Translations under genes and position numbers: made by a program | Shown: positions 33,501-45,344 of the stretch, piece by piece | Position numbering within the stretch: the first letter of the stretch is position 1 | Layout of the letters: every line of letters starts with the position of its first letter | Assembly (NCBI GenBank): GCA_964035545.1 | Contig: OZ037769.1 | Span: 17,638,633 to 17,702,632 of the forward strand | Direction: 5' to 3' | Source of the DNA: Bugula neritina | Taxonomy: Eukaryota; Animalia; Bryozoa | Length of the DNA stretch: 64,000 nucleotides | Notes under the pieces: model-generated | What the model was told of the DNA's origin: nothing | Database searches by the model: none | What the model saw: only the letters and a program-made list of their open reading frames with translations

Positions 33501-36500
33501 ATCAGCTGATTAAGTTATCACAAACTAAACATTTTGACCAGCGGCTTTTACAATGCAACTCGGTGAAATTTTAGACCTAGATGAATTGAATTTCTTACTG
33601 AAAATCGTGAAGGTATTAAAGTTTAAAGGGTCATCTCTCTGCGAATTCTAATAGCATGGTGCCAATTAGACTTGAAAAAATTTCAAGGCACTATAAAGCA
33701 CTAAGCCCATTCTTACAAGTAGTTTCAAAATGCACTGGAATTTCAGTTTACTTGTCATTGTATAGAATCCTGATCTACACTATATAGCATTCACTATTGC
33801 CTGCTTCTTCTAAGCATCTATAATGTATTAACTACAGTTTGCTTTGAATTTCTACTTGGTATTTTTTCCTTATCGTTCTGTTGTTTGCCAGTAGTCTTAA
33901 TTTAATGGATTTTCCCTTTTCAAAAGTGGTTGTGACAATCAAACACATCATGCAGCCTGCAACTACACAATCAGTCAGTAATTTCTTCCATTAAAGTAGC
34001 TCTTCTGGTTACTCTTGTTCACCTAAAAGCCTGAGCCTCATTCAAATTGCAAGTTTTTAGAGTTGGTAATTTTTCATGCAGTCTTTCATTTTTTTTTTTT
34101 AGGCACAAAATTAGTATTCACTAGACCTAATCTTTCATCTGCATGTATGCCTATTGTTTGTTCATTAAAGAAAAACCTCTGCTGAATATTGAACTAATAA
34201 TGAAAACGAATTCCCTAAACTAAAAGTAGCAGTGTGATTTTGGTATTACAATCAGTTGTTAGCATAGAGTCAAGTTATTGACAGGAATTTTCATATTGAA
34301 ATAAATGAATTTCATTGTAAGTCAGCAAGATTTAGTCTAAGTAAACATAGCATTACATCATGTTCTTATTTAACATTGGTAGAAGGCAACATTTATTTTA
34401 AGGACTGTTGTAAACTTAAATGTAATTTTAGGTACTTTCCATGTTTGTTATTGTAGATGGTCTTGTTCTTTGGAATGGATGTGACAACTCCTTGTGTCAA
34501 ACTTAACTGATTGACTACTGAATCCCAATCATGTTTTGCCAAAAAATGTGAAAATGGAGTGCATGTCTACTTTATTTGAGAAAATATTAAAAATACTTTT
34601 GAAACTTCATCTAGCCAAACAATACAACAGTTTCATTTTATTAAAAAACATCATTTGCCCAAAATGTATTATGTAATCGAACAATTTCTAGAAAAAAAGT
34701 GCTTTCCTCCAGTTTTGCTAATGAATTACATATTTCATTACATGCTTGTCTTTATAATTTTATTAATTGTTTTTTCTGGTGAGTCAATTAAAGTCAATTC
34801 AACCTAGAAAAGTCTGAATTTCAGACTTAATTTCAAGCTAGAATATTCACATTTTTAGGTCTGCGTTTGCAAACATTGTTGTGTTACTTTACTTTTTATA
34901 TTTTTTGAAATAAATATTTTTTTAGCTTGTGCCTATTCATGATTAGAATAGTATAATAATATTTAAATTTTCTTCAATTTTAATAGATGAAAATTTTGAT
35001 CAGTTGGAGTATTCAGTTTAGCTGAATTTTACTTGCTTCTGCGAAAACAATCTTTTGGAGTTGTCTGCCCTCTCTTTAGGTAATTTTTTGACCTATGGTC
35101 AACGCAATAATTATAACTTTTTAAAGATGCTTGTGAACCTAACAATATAGCACAACTATCAAACCACATTATTTATTCAATATCTGCATAAAATTTAGCC
35201 AATAATCTGCCACCCAATGAGCTTGAAAAGATATTAGAATTCTAGCTCAGTGCTGCCATCAATGTAGATATTTATATTGATATAAAGCCAAAACTCATTA
35301 TTTATAATGATATAAAGCCAAAACTCATTATTGCATGAAATTATCTAACCATTCCTGACGAAGAATCGAGATAATAACTCCAAAGTTGGTCAGTTGAAAC
35401 CACAGCAATAATACTTTAATCCTTATAATTATCAGGTTTAATTTTATACCAAGCCCCAATAAGTACATATCACTATGACAACACAGCCTAAGCACCTCCA
35501 ATGCAAGAAATTTAGTATTGTGGTGCTACAAATCCTCCAGTTACAAATGAGTAGAGCTTTCATGATTATTGGTCTACCATAATGTTTATTTAGCTGTAGG
35601 GACTAGCATAAATGCTATTATATGTGGGAGGTATTTGAAAAGCTTCCAACTCCATCTTCAACTACGGGCTATTATAATTATGCCGATAAACGAGATACTA
35701 CACTCAGACTGCCCTGTTATAGTACTATGATTGGCTACTGCAAAATTTTTGCCGATAGACAACATTTATTTATGATGTAATGTATCTCGTATTGGCACAT
35801 AAGTGTTATGTCTGAAGACGAGATACTGTGAAATTATGCCCTGATTATATTATATAGTTTATACTCTCTATTATATTATATAGTTTATATTCTCTATTAT
35901 AATATATAGTTTATATTCTCTATTATATTATATAGTATATATTCTCTATTATATTATATAGTTTATATTCTCTATTATATTATATAGTTTATATTCTCTA
36001 TTATATTATATAGTTTATACTCTCTATTATATTATATAGTTTATACTCTCTATTATATCATATAGTTTATATTCTCTATTATATTATATAGTTTATACTC
36101 TCTATTATATTATATAGTTTATACTCTCTATTATATTATATAGTTTATACTCTCTATTATATTATATAGTTTATACTCTCTATTATATTATATAGTTTAT
36201 ATTCTCTATTATATTATATAGTTTATATTCTCTATTATATTATATAGTTTATATTCTCTATTATATTATATAGTTTATATTCTCTATTATACTATATAGT
36301 TTATATTCTCTATTATATTATATAGTTTATATTCTCTATTATATTATATAGTTTATATTCTCTATTATATTATATAGTTTATATTCTCTATTATATTATA
36401 TAGTTTATATTCTCTATTATATTATATAGTTTATATTCTCTATTATATTATATAGTTTATATTCTCTATTATATAGTTTATATTCTCTATTATATTATAT

Positions 36501-39500
36501 AGTTTATACTCTCTATTATATTATATAACATTTACAGTAATACAGTAGAACTATCTTATAGCAGTGCTGACTATAGTAACATTTACAGTAATACAGTAGA
36601 ACTATCTTATAGCAGTGCTGACTAGTAACATTTACAGTAATACAGTAGAACTATCTTATAGCAGTGCTGACTAACAACATTTACAGTAATACAGTAGAAC
36701 TATCTTATAGCAGTGCTGACTATAGTAACATTTACAGTAATACAGTAGAACTATCTTATAGCAGTGCTGACTAGTAACATTTACAGTAATACAGTAGAAC
36801 TATCTTATAGCAGTGCTGACTAGTAACATTTACAGTAATACAGTAGAACTATCTTATAGCAGTGCTGACTATAGTAACATTTACAGTAATACAGTAGAAC
36901 TATCTTATAGCAGTGCTGACTAATAACATTTACAGTAATACAGTAGAACTATCTTATAGCAGTGCTGACTAATAACATTTACAGTGATACAGTAGAACTA
37001 TCTTATAGCAGTGCTGACTAATAACATTTACAGTAATACAGTAGGACTATCTTATAGCAGTGCTGACTATAGTAACATATACAGTAATACAGTAGAACTA
37101 TCTTATAGCAGTGCTGACTATAGTAACATTTACAGTAATACAGTAGAACTATCTTATAGCAGTGCTGACTATAGTAACATTTACAGTAATACAGTAGAAC
37201 TATCTTATAGCAGTGCTGACTAGTAACATTTACAGTAATACAGTAGAACTATCTTATAGCAGTGCTGACTAGTAACATTTACAGTAATACAGTAGAACTA
37301 TCTTATAGCAGTGCTGACTAGTAACATTTACAGTAATACAGTAGAACTATTTTATGGCAGTGCTGACTAGTAACATTTACAGTAATACAGTAGAACTATC
37401 TTATAGCAGTGCTGACTAGTAACATTTACAGTAATACAGTAGAACTATCTTATAGCAGTGCTGACTAATAACATTTACAGTAATACAGCAGAACTATCTT
37501 ATAGCAGTGCTGACTAGTAACATTTACAGTAATACAGTAGAACTATCTTATAGCAGTGCTGACTAATAACATTTACAGTAATACAGTAGAACTATCTTAT
37601 AGCAGTGCTGACTAATAACATTTACAGTAATACAGTAGAACTATCTTATAGCAGTGCTGACTAATAACATTTACAGTAATACAGCAGAACTATCTTATAG
37701 CAGTGCTGACTAATAACATTTACAGTAATACAGTAGAACTATCTTATAGCAGTGCTGACTAATAACATTTACAGTAATACAGTAGAACTATCTTATAGCA
37801 GTGCTGACTATAGTAACATATACAGTGATACAGTAGAACTATCTTATGGCAGTGCTGACTAGTAACATTTACAGTAATACAGTAGAACTATCTTATAGCA
37901 GTGCTGACTAGTAACATTTGCAGTAATACAGTAGAACTATCTTATGGCAGTGCTGACTAGTAACATTTACAGTAATACAGTAGAACTATCTTATAGCAGT
38001 GCTGACTAATAACATTTACAGTAATACAGTAGAACTATCTTATAGCAATGCTGACTATAGTAACATTTACAGTAATACAGTAGGACTATTTTATAGCAGT
38101 GCTGACTAGTAACATTTACAGTAATACAGTAGAACTATCTTATAGCAGTGCTGACTAGTAACATTTACAGTGATACAGTAGAACTATGTTATAGCAGTGC
38201 TGACTATAGTAACATTTACAGTAATACAGTAGAACTATCTTATAGCAGTGCTGACTATAGTAACATTTACAGTAATACAGTAGAACTATCTTATAGCAGT
38301 GCTGACTATAGTAACATTTACAGTAATACAGTAGAACTATCTTATAGCAGTGCTGACTATAGTAACATTTACAGTAATACAGTAGAACTATCTTATAGCA
38401 GTGCTGACTATAGTAACATTTACAGTAATACAGTAGAACTATCTTATAGCAGTGCTGACTAGTAACATTTACAGTAATACAGTAGAACTATTTTATAGCA
38501 GTGCTGACTAGTAACATTTACAGTAATACAGTAGAACTATCTTATAGCAGTGCTGACTAGTAACATTTACAGTAATACAGTAGAACTATCTTATGGCAGT
38601 GCTGACTAGTAACATTTACAGTAATACAGTAGAACTATCTTATAGCAGTGCTGACTATAGTAACATTTACAGTAATACAGTAGGACTATCTTATAGCAGT
38701 GCTGACTAGTAACATTTACAGTAATATAGTAGAACTATCTTATAGCAGTGCTGACTAATAACATATACAGTAATACAGTAGAACTATCTTATAGCAGTGC
38801 TGACTAGTAACATTTACAGTAATATAGTAGAACTATCTTATAGCAGTGCTGACTAATAACATATACAGTAATACAGTAGAACTATCTTATAGCAGTGCTG
38901 ACTAATAACATTTACAGTGATACAGTAGAACTATCTTATAGCAGTGCTGACTAGTAACATTTACAGTAATACAGTAGAACTATCTTATAGCAGTGCTGAC
39001 TAGTAACATTTACAGTAATACAGTAGAACTATCTTATAGCAGTGCTGACTAGTAACATTTACAGTAATACAGTAGAACTATCTTATAGCAGTGCTGACTA
39101 GTAACATTTACAGTAATACAGCAGAACTATCTTATAGCAGTGCTGACTAATAACATTTACAGTAATACAGTAGAACTATCTTATAGCAGTGCTGACTAAT
39201 AACATTTACAGTAATACAGTAGAACTATCTTATAGCAGTGCTGACTAGTAACATTTACAGTAATACAGCAGAACTATCTTATAGCAGTGCTGACTAGTAA
39301 CATTTACAGTAATACAGTAGAACTATTTTATGGCAGTGCTGACTAGTAACATTTACAGTAATACAGTAGAACTATCTTATAGCAGTGCTGACTAGTAACA
39401 TTTACAGTAATACAGCAGAACTATCTTATAGCAGTGCTGACTAGTAACATTTACAGTAATACAGTAGAACTATCTTATAGCAGTGCTGACTAATAACATT

Positions 39501-42482
39501 TACAGTAATACAGCAGAACTATCTTATAGCAGTGCTCACTAATAACATTTACAGTAATACAGTAGAACTATTTTATGGCAGTGCTGACTAGTAACATATA
39601 CAGTAATACAGCAGAACTATCTTATAGCAGTGCTGACTAGTAACATTTACAGTAATACAGTAGAACTATCTTATAGCAGTGCTCACTAATAACATTTACA
39701 GTAATACAGTAGAACTATCTTATAGCAGTGCTGACTAATAACATTTACAGTAATACTGTAGAACTATCTTATGGCAGTGCTGACTAGTAACATTTACAGT
39801 AATACAGTAGAACTATCTTATAGCAGTGCTGACTAATAACATTTACAGTAATACAGCAGAACTATCTTATAGCAGTGCTGACTAATAACATTTACAGTAA
39901 TACAGTAGAACTATCTTATAGCAGTGCTGACTAATAACATTTACAGTAATACAGTAGAACTATCTTATAGCAGTGCTGACTAATAACATTTACAGTGATA
40001 CAGTAGAACTATCTTATAGCAGTGCTGACTAGTAACATTTACAGTGATACAGTAGAACTATCTTATAGCAGTGCTGACTAATAACATTTACAGTAATACA
40101 GTAGAACTATCTTATAGCAGTGCTGACTAGTAACATTTACAGTAATACAGTAGAACTATCTTATAGCAGTGCTGACTAATAACATTTACAGTAATACAGT
40201 AGAACTATCTTATGGCAGTGCTGACTAATAACATTTACAGTGATACAGTAGAACTATCTTATAGCAGTGCTGACTAGTAACATTTACAGTAATACAGTAG
40301 AACTATCTTATAGCAGTGCTGACTAGTAACATTTACAGTAATACAGTAGAACTATCTTATAGCAGTGCTGACTATAGTAACATTTACAGTAATACAGTAG
40401 AACTATCTTATAGCAGTGCTGACTATAGTAACATTTACAGTAATACAGTAGAACTATTTTATAGCAGTGCTGACTAGTAACATTTACAGTAATACAGTAG
40501 AACTATCTTATAGCAGTGCTGACTAGTAACATTTACAGTAATACAGTAGAACTATGTTATAGCAGTGCTGACTAGTAACATTTACAGTAATACAGTAGAA
40601 CTATCTTATAGCAGTGCTGACTATAGTAACATTTACAGTAATACAGTAGAACTATCTTATAGCAGTGCTGACTAATAACATTTACAGTAATACAGTAGAA
40701 CTATCTTATAGCAGTGCTGACTAGTAACATTTACAGTAATACAGTAGAACTATCTTATAGCAGTGCTCACTAATAACATTTACAGTAATACAGTAGAACT
40801 ATCTTATAGCAGTGCTGACTAGTAACATTTACAGTAATACAGTAGAACTATCTTATAGCAGTGCTGACTAATAACATATACAGTAATACAGCAGAACTAT
40901 CTTATAGCAGTGCTGACTATAGTAACATTTACAGTAATACAGTAGAACTATCTTATGGCAGTGCTGACTAATAACATTTACAGTAATACAGTAGAACTAT
41001 CTTATGGCAGTGCTGACTAGTAACATTTACAGTAATACAGTAGAACTATCTTATAGCAGTGCTGACTAGTAACATTTACAGTAATACAGTAGAACTATCT
41101 TATAGCAGTGCTGACTAATAACATATACAGTGATACAGTAGAACTATCTTATGGCAGTGCTGACTAGTAACATTTACAGTAATACAGTAGAACTATCTTA
41201 TAGCAGTGCTGACTAATAACATTTACAGTAATACAGTAGAACTATCTTATAGCAGTGCTGACTAGTAACATTTACAGTAATACAGTAGAACTATCTTATA
41301 GCAGTGCTGACTATAGTAACATTTACAGTAATACAGTAGAACTATCTTATAGCAGTGCTGACTAGTAACATTTACAGTAATACAGTAGAACTATCTTATA
41401 GCAGTGCTCACTAATAACATTTACAGTGATACAGTAGAACTATCTTATAGCAGTGCTGACTAATAACATTTACAGTAATACAGTAGGACTATCTTATAGC
41501 AGTGCTGACTATAGTAACATATACAGTAATACAGTAGAACTATCTTATAGCAGTGCTGACTATAGTAACATTTACAGTAATACAGTAGAACTATCTTATA
41601 GCAGTGCTGACTATAGTAACATATACAGTAATACAGTAGAACTATCTTATAGCAGTGCTGACTAGTAACATATATACTATATAATATTACAGTATAATAT
41701 AGTATGATATACTATCATATGTTACAGTATAATATAGTATGATACGCTATAATATATTACAGTATAATATACTATGATATACTATAATATATTACAGCAT
41801 AATATAGTATAAATTACAATATGTTTGCCAACAGGGGGAGTGCTGATTGCCGTGGTTACAATTGTCTTTGGCTTCGCTACTTACTACTTCATAAAGAATT
41901 ATGGGAATGCAAAAGTTGCGGATGGGAGAGCATTTCAGCGAAATCAACAAAGGCTAGGTATATATTACTTTATTGTATTACTGTATTATATTACTATATT
42001 ATACTACTATATTATGTTACTATATTATATTACTGTGTTGTGTTATATTGCTTTATTATATTACTATATTATACACAGTTAAGTGTATGTTACTGTATAT
42101 ACTATATATTACTACAATACATTGCTACGTTAGTTATATATAATTTATATAATATGATCCCATACAAGGTATAAATAATCAAATTGCAACATTATATAAG
42201 CTATATACTATACTATATATTATATTTTATGAAGTATATATAATACATCAGACTATTATAGTATTTTAGCTGTTATGTGATTAGTAAATTATAAAATAAT
42301 GCTAGTATAATAATAAGGAACAATAGTTTGTTTATAATACATAAATTATAAGAAAAAATAATATACTCATAATATGTAAATTAGAACTACTTAATAATAT
42401 ATAATTCATATTATATGAGTTGAAAGTGAAAATATATTTATTGCATTTTGTGACAGAACCGCCCAGTGCAGATCCCTTTTAA
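12512..42482 (+). CDS. Predicted 4-exon single-pass membrane microprotein (~95-97 aa), unknown family; exons 12512-12573, 14353-14430 (or -14435), 41835-41957, 42457-42482
   Basis: Exon 1 ATG...GAC AG|gttggc (phase 2) joins cattcag|C ATA GTA GAA (phase 2). Exon 3 is a 123-nt phase 1-1 exon encoding GVLIAVVTIVFGFATYYFIK (TM) and joins tgacag|AA CCG CCC AGT GCA GAT CCC TTT TAA. The exon 2-3 join needs either the GTAATG donor at 14436 or removal of one T at 14395-14397. Confidence 0.55.
13735..14270 (-). pseudogene. degenerate coding-like fragment of unknown origin
   Basis: One minus frame stays protein-like with scattered stops (..EKVGKNYFSAYFPDHITRTIPKWFKKDNYFSDLCKAQITDQMRKVV..); family not recognised. 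Confidence 0.25.
14592..15479. repeat. 26-bp AT-rich array, left half
   Basis: Unit TATTATATTATATAGTTTATATTCTC. Confidence 0.97.
20545..20947. mobile_element. MITE-like foldback element (~400 bp, long imperfect inverted arms)
   Basis: Arms pair, e.g. aaatacacctaaataatcaagg / ccttgattatttaggtgtattt, gctaatgaaca / tgttcattagc, ttagtacatactg / cagtgtgtactaa; about 65-bp loop. Confidence 0.65.
23006..25966 (+). mobile_element. Decayed non-LTR retrotransposon with restriction-like endonuclease (R4/Dong-like clade), internally deleted, many stops and frameshifts
   Basis: N-terminal RRRYSREDNKVVMECYFKSTPKLRGYRK; RT motifs IFQGDSLS (~24345), NHLLYVDDLK (~24445), YKYLGVLE; LKKETEGLLTAAQDQ; Zn knuckle CGMC..MHVLS; RLE motifs RRPDILVVDK and IIDITVP; (AAT)n tail at 25955-25966 and AAT run at the 5' flank. 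Confidence 0.9.
30860..32253 (+). other. Candidate short spliced cargo transcript inside the large element (exons 30860-30907, 31387-31454, 32107-32253; possible ~59-aa ORF)
   Basis: Canonical junctions ttg|gtaagc, ttttag|..aaag|gtactc, ttgtag|..agg|gtgaga; phases join to MANREASYNSSAERNL-EIKTKTQLTDAISLCLHAAYLK-RVTQQ..PAV*; no recognisable family. Confidence 0.3.
31650..31922. repeat. CT-rich low-complexity tract
   Basis: Directly visible. Confidence 0.9.
35844..36527. repeat. 26-bp AT-rich array, right half (same unit and orientation as 14592-15479)
   Basis: Same unit and same variants (..tactctc, ..agtatata, ..atcatata). Confidence 0.97.
36526..41672. repeat. 49/51-bp satellite, roughly 100 copies
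   Basis: Unit AGTAACATTTACAGTAATACAGTAGAACTATCTTATAGCAGTGCTGACT(AT); head-to-tail with no spacers. Confidence 0.98.
41835..41957 (+). CDS. TM-encoding exon of the microprotein gene
   Basis: High-complexity island between AT arrays; aacag| and |gtatat boundaries; 123 nt; hydrophobic 19-mer followed by basic residues. Confidence 0.7.
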
Positions 42483-42501
42483 TTACTGCAAGAAATACTC
42501 G

Positions 42502-42779
42502 AATATTACACACAGATATTACACACAGGTATTACACACAGATATTACACACAGATATTACACACAGATATTACACACAGATATTACACACGGATGTTAC
42601 ACACAGATGTTACACACAGATATTACACGCAGATATTACACGCAGATATTACACGCAGATATTACACACAGATATTACACGCAGATATTACACGCAGATA
42701 TTACACGCAGATATTACACGCAGATATTACACGCAGATATTACACACAGATATTACACACAGATATTACACACAGATAT
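42502..42779. repeat. 13-bp array (GATATTACACRCA), left part; resumes in degenerate form at 45345-45460
   Basis: Directly visible on both sides of the CACAG element. Confidence 0.93.
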
Positions 42780-45344
42780 CACAGTTAGTTTAAGGTCATA
42801 CTTTTCATTTTCTGGCTCTTTGCCAGGTGCTTTATGTTCTATATGAACAATGTTCCACTGATAGCTCGAACAGGTTGAATGTCACAGGAACAAAAAAAAT
42901 ATGAAAAGATAAAGAAACTTATGTTCTCCAATATGCTTTTTTATTTTTTGCAAAAGCCAATTCATGTTTAAGTTATAGCTCGTTGAAAAACATAGTCCCC
43001 CTTCCACATTCTTTTTAATTTATACGCTCCTGACTTGTTATTGTGTCTCAATATGCCTTGTATTTGAGTGCTTGTTAGTCTCGCTTCACTAACTTTGCCT
43101 ATACTTCACAAGTGCCAGTGCTGCTGGCTCAAAAGCTAAATGTTATAAACTGTCAGCTAAAACCCAATCTTGTATTCCTAGGTTGGTTGGCCTAAATAAA
43201 ACAATAGTCAAATCATGATTTCATGTTTTAAAAATTTACTCTATTCTAACCTGCTGCCTAGCTATAAGTTCTATTTTTGATGTATAATTACAAAATTTGT
43301 GATACATTTTTTTGGCAACCATGTGATTTATAAAATGCAGTAATGGTACTTATAATATTATATTATTATCATTATAATATATTATATAGTATTATGTGTG
43401 TTTTTATTATACTGCATAATATCTATTTTATTATTGTTTTTGTGCAAACAAGTGCAATTAACCTAGTTTTCAAAATGTACCTCTAAATTATCAGAATATC
43501 AGTTTAGATATTTTCATGCTTTGTAAGGTAAACCTAAAAAAAGAGGCTGTATTCCCAAAGTAAAGGGTGTTGAACTATGAACTATATTAGATTAGCCACT
43601 CTGCTACCAAGTGCATCAGTATAATATTATATGAATAGCTCTGATGCTTTGTCTCCGGTGGCTGGCTGCGATATGATAACTTGGCCAACTTCCAAGAGTT
43701 TAAAATTGGCGCAATTATTCAAGAGGTTACATACTGCACAGAGCTAGCAGTGATAGTAACCTTGCTATCGGCTGTACTTATTACAACTGCCAGCATATAA
43801 GCTGCATTGTAGAATGCCGTTGGGGTAGGCTAGTAAAACCAAATTCTGCTCTCTAATATACCTTAAACACAATGCAGCAACATAATTGTTCGTTTCAAAT
43901 TACATTGCCACCCTTACATGAGCTGTGGGCTTCATAAAAATTCATATGATTAGAGATTTATGCTATAGGCTAGCTATGATGAAAAGAAAACACCATTGTC
44001 AAAGTTAACTTCAAGTATGTTGTTTTCCAGAAACTCAGTAATGTCCATTTATATCTCCCGCATACAAATACTTATGTAATAGCATACAGTTTAAGTTTTA
44101 TTTTAGAGCACATCTGCAAACTCTACAATAAGAGCTTGCTTTACCAGTCTATTTCAGACCTGTTTTTGTAGCTAGTAATACGCAAGCTACTTATTTTTAA
44201 ACTTTTGGGTTATTTGTTCAAAACCATTAGCTTTGCTAGTAACCCGAGACTATTGCAACAGTTGACTGCTATCAACATGAATTGACAGCCTAATAATTAT
44301 AACCCATTTGCGCGCAAAATATTTATGTACTCATAGTTACTCATATAGTTGGCAATTTATTAACGATGACTGCGTGGTCCAGAGGTTAAAGGCGTCAGCG
44401 AGAAGCTGGTTGGTCATGGTTCAATCCTAGTATGCTGCATTATTTTTTGTCAATTTATGCAAATCCTACGCATGTATAATAAATATGGCTATAATTGTAA
44501 AGTTTTTTTTTAACTTTTGTTCAACAGTAAGACAACATACATGCATAATACTTAGCTACTGAACACTGGGCTAAACTTTAAATTGATCTTATAGAATACA
44601 ATGTACTTAAAATAATCATATGTGAATTAGAGAAACTGGAAGTACAACTGCTGCACTATAGACAGACCTTTACTGACAAGACTGCAAAGTGAAGTGATTT
44701 AGCTGAAATTAACTCTGCCAAACAAACAAAGAATTATGTTGTGCTGAGGCATTGTCAATAGATTGTAACATAGTGAGATGATTCAGCTAAGTGCTAATGT
44801 AAAACAGGGAACATTATATTGGCAGAAATCCAATAGATTGCCAATTTGTGCGAGAGGGTACTATATGTTATTGTGATAGCGCAGAGCGGCAAACGTACTA
44901 GGAATGTTATAATTAGTCACAGGAGCGTAGCTAGAACCACCATATGAAGAATTTAGATAATTGCAGTGAAACTTGCAAAATGGTGTATGTTTTTACCAAA
45001 TTGTGAAGAGCATAAACAGAATTTCAAAAAACAAAGAAAGTATATTAGAGAAAACATATCAAGGAATGTCAAGTTTAACTTTTAGACTTTATAAAATGAA
45101 TCCCCTGTGCTACAGCAGTGGAACATGGAGGGTGTAAAATTTTACTTATTATGCAACAACTTTCTCAGAAAATTTTTTATTGAAAAATTAAAAAAGTATA
45201 TGAAAGAGGAATGCAAGAGCTATCTTTTCATGTAAAATCTGTTAATGTGAGACAAAAAATGTTCGAGCTATCCCCTGGAAACCGTTTATATATAACATAA
45301 AGCAGTGCCTGAATGTGGAAAGTAATGACCTTAAACTAACTGTG
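42780..45344. mobile_element. Non-autonomous CACTA/CMC-type DNA transposon (2,565 bp)
   Basis: Perfect 20-bp TIR CACAGTTAGTTTAAGGTCAT at both ends with imperfect inverted similarity extending inward (gatagctcgaaca, atgaaaagata); 2-bp TSD AT (42778-42779 / 45345-45346); splits a 13-bp array; no transposase ORF. Confidence 0.88.
44368..44438 (+). other. tRNA-derived segment (SINE head or tRNA pseudogene)
   Basis: A-box-like TGGTCCAGAGG at 44375 and B-box GGTTCAATCC at 44418 with tRNA-like spacing, followed by a T run; stems do not pair well. Confidence 0.6.

Larger units (their letters stand above)
15480..35843. mobile_element. Large (20,364 bp) cut-and-paste DNA transposon-like insertion, apparently non-autonomous; 8-bp TSD class (hAT/P/Zisupton-like, superfamily unassigned)
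   Basis: The same 26-bp array stops at 15479 and resumes at 35844, with ATTATATT duplicated (15472-15479, 35844-35851). Termini are CAG...CTG. The ends align ungapped as an inverted repeat at 42/71 positions. A 21-bp motif occurs at offsets 17, 41 (inverted) and 76 from both ends. Confidence 0.8.

Noticed and set aside
35110-35555. Alternative genetic code (TAA/TAG = Gln) ORF
   Set aside because: TGA also interrupts the frame, neighbouring genes use standard stops, and ordinary decay explains it.
36526-41672. CRISPR-like array or repeat protein (SNIYSNTVELSYSSADY)n
   Set aside because: Head-to-tail monomers with no unique spacers, no cas genes, eukaryotic context; 49-bp units break the frame.
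44368-44438. Functional tRNA gene
   Set aside because: Acceptor, anticodon and T stems do not pair properly; B box lacks the canonical TTCGA.
42790-45334. Kolobok/piggyBac element with TTAA TSD
   Set aside because: The perfect inverted repeat extends 10 bp beyond the TTAA to CACAG, and the AT duplication fits the interrupted array.
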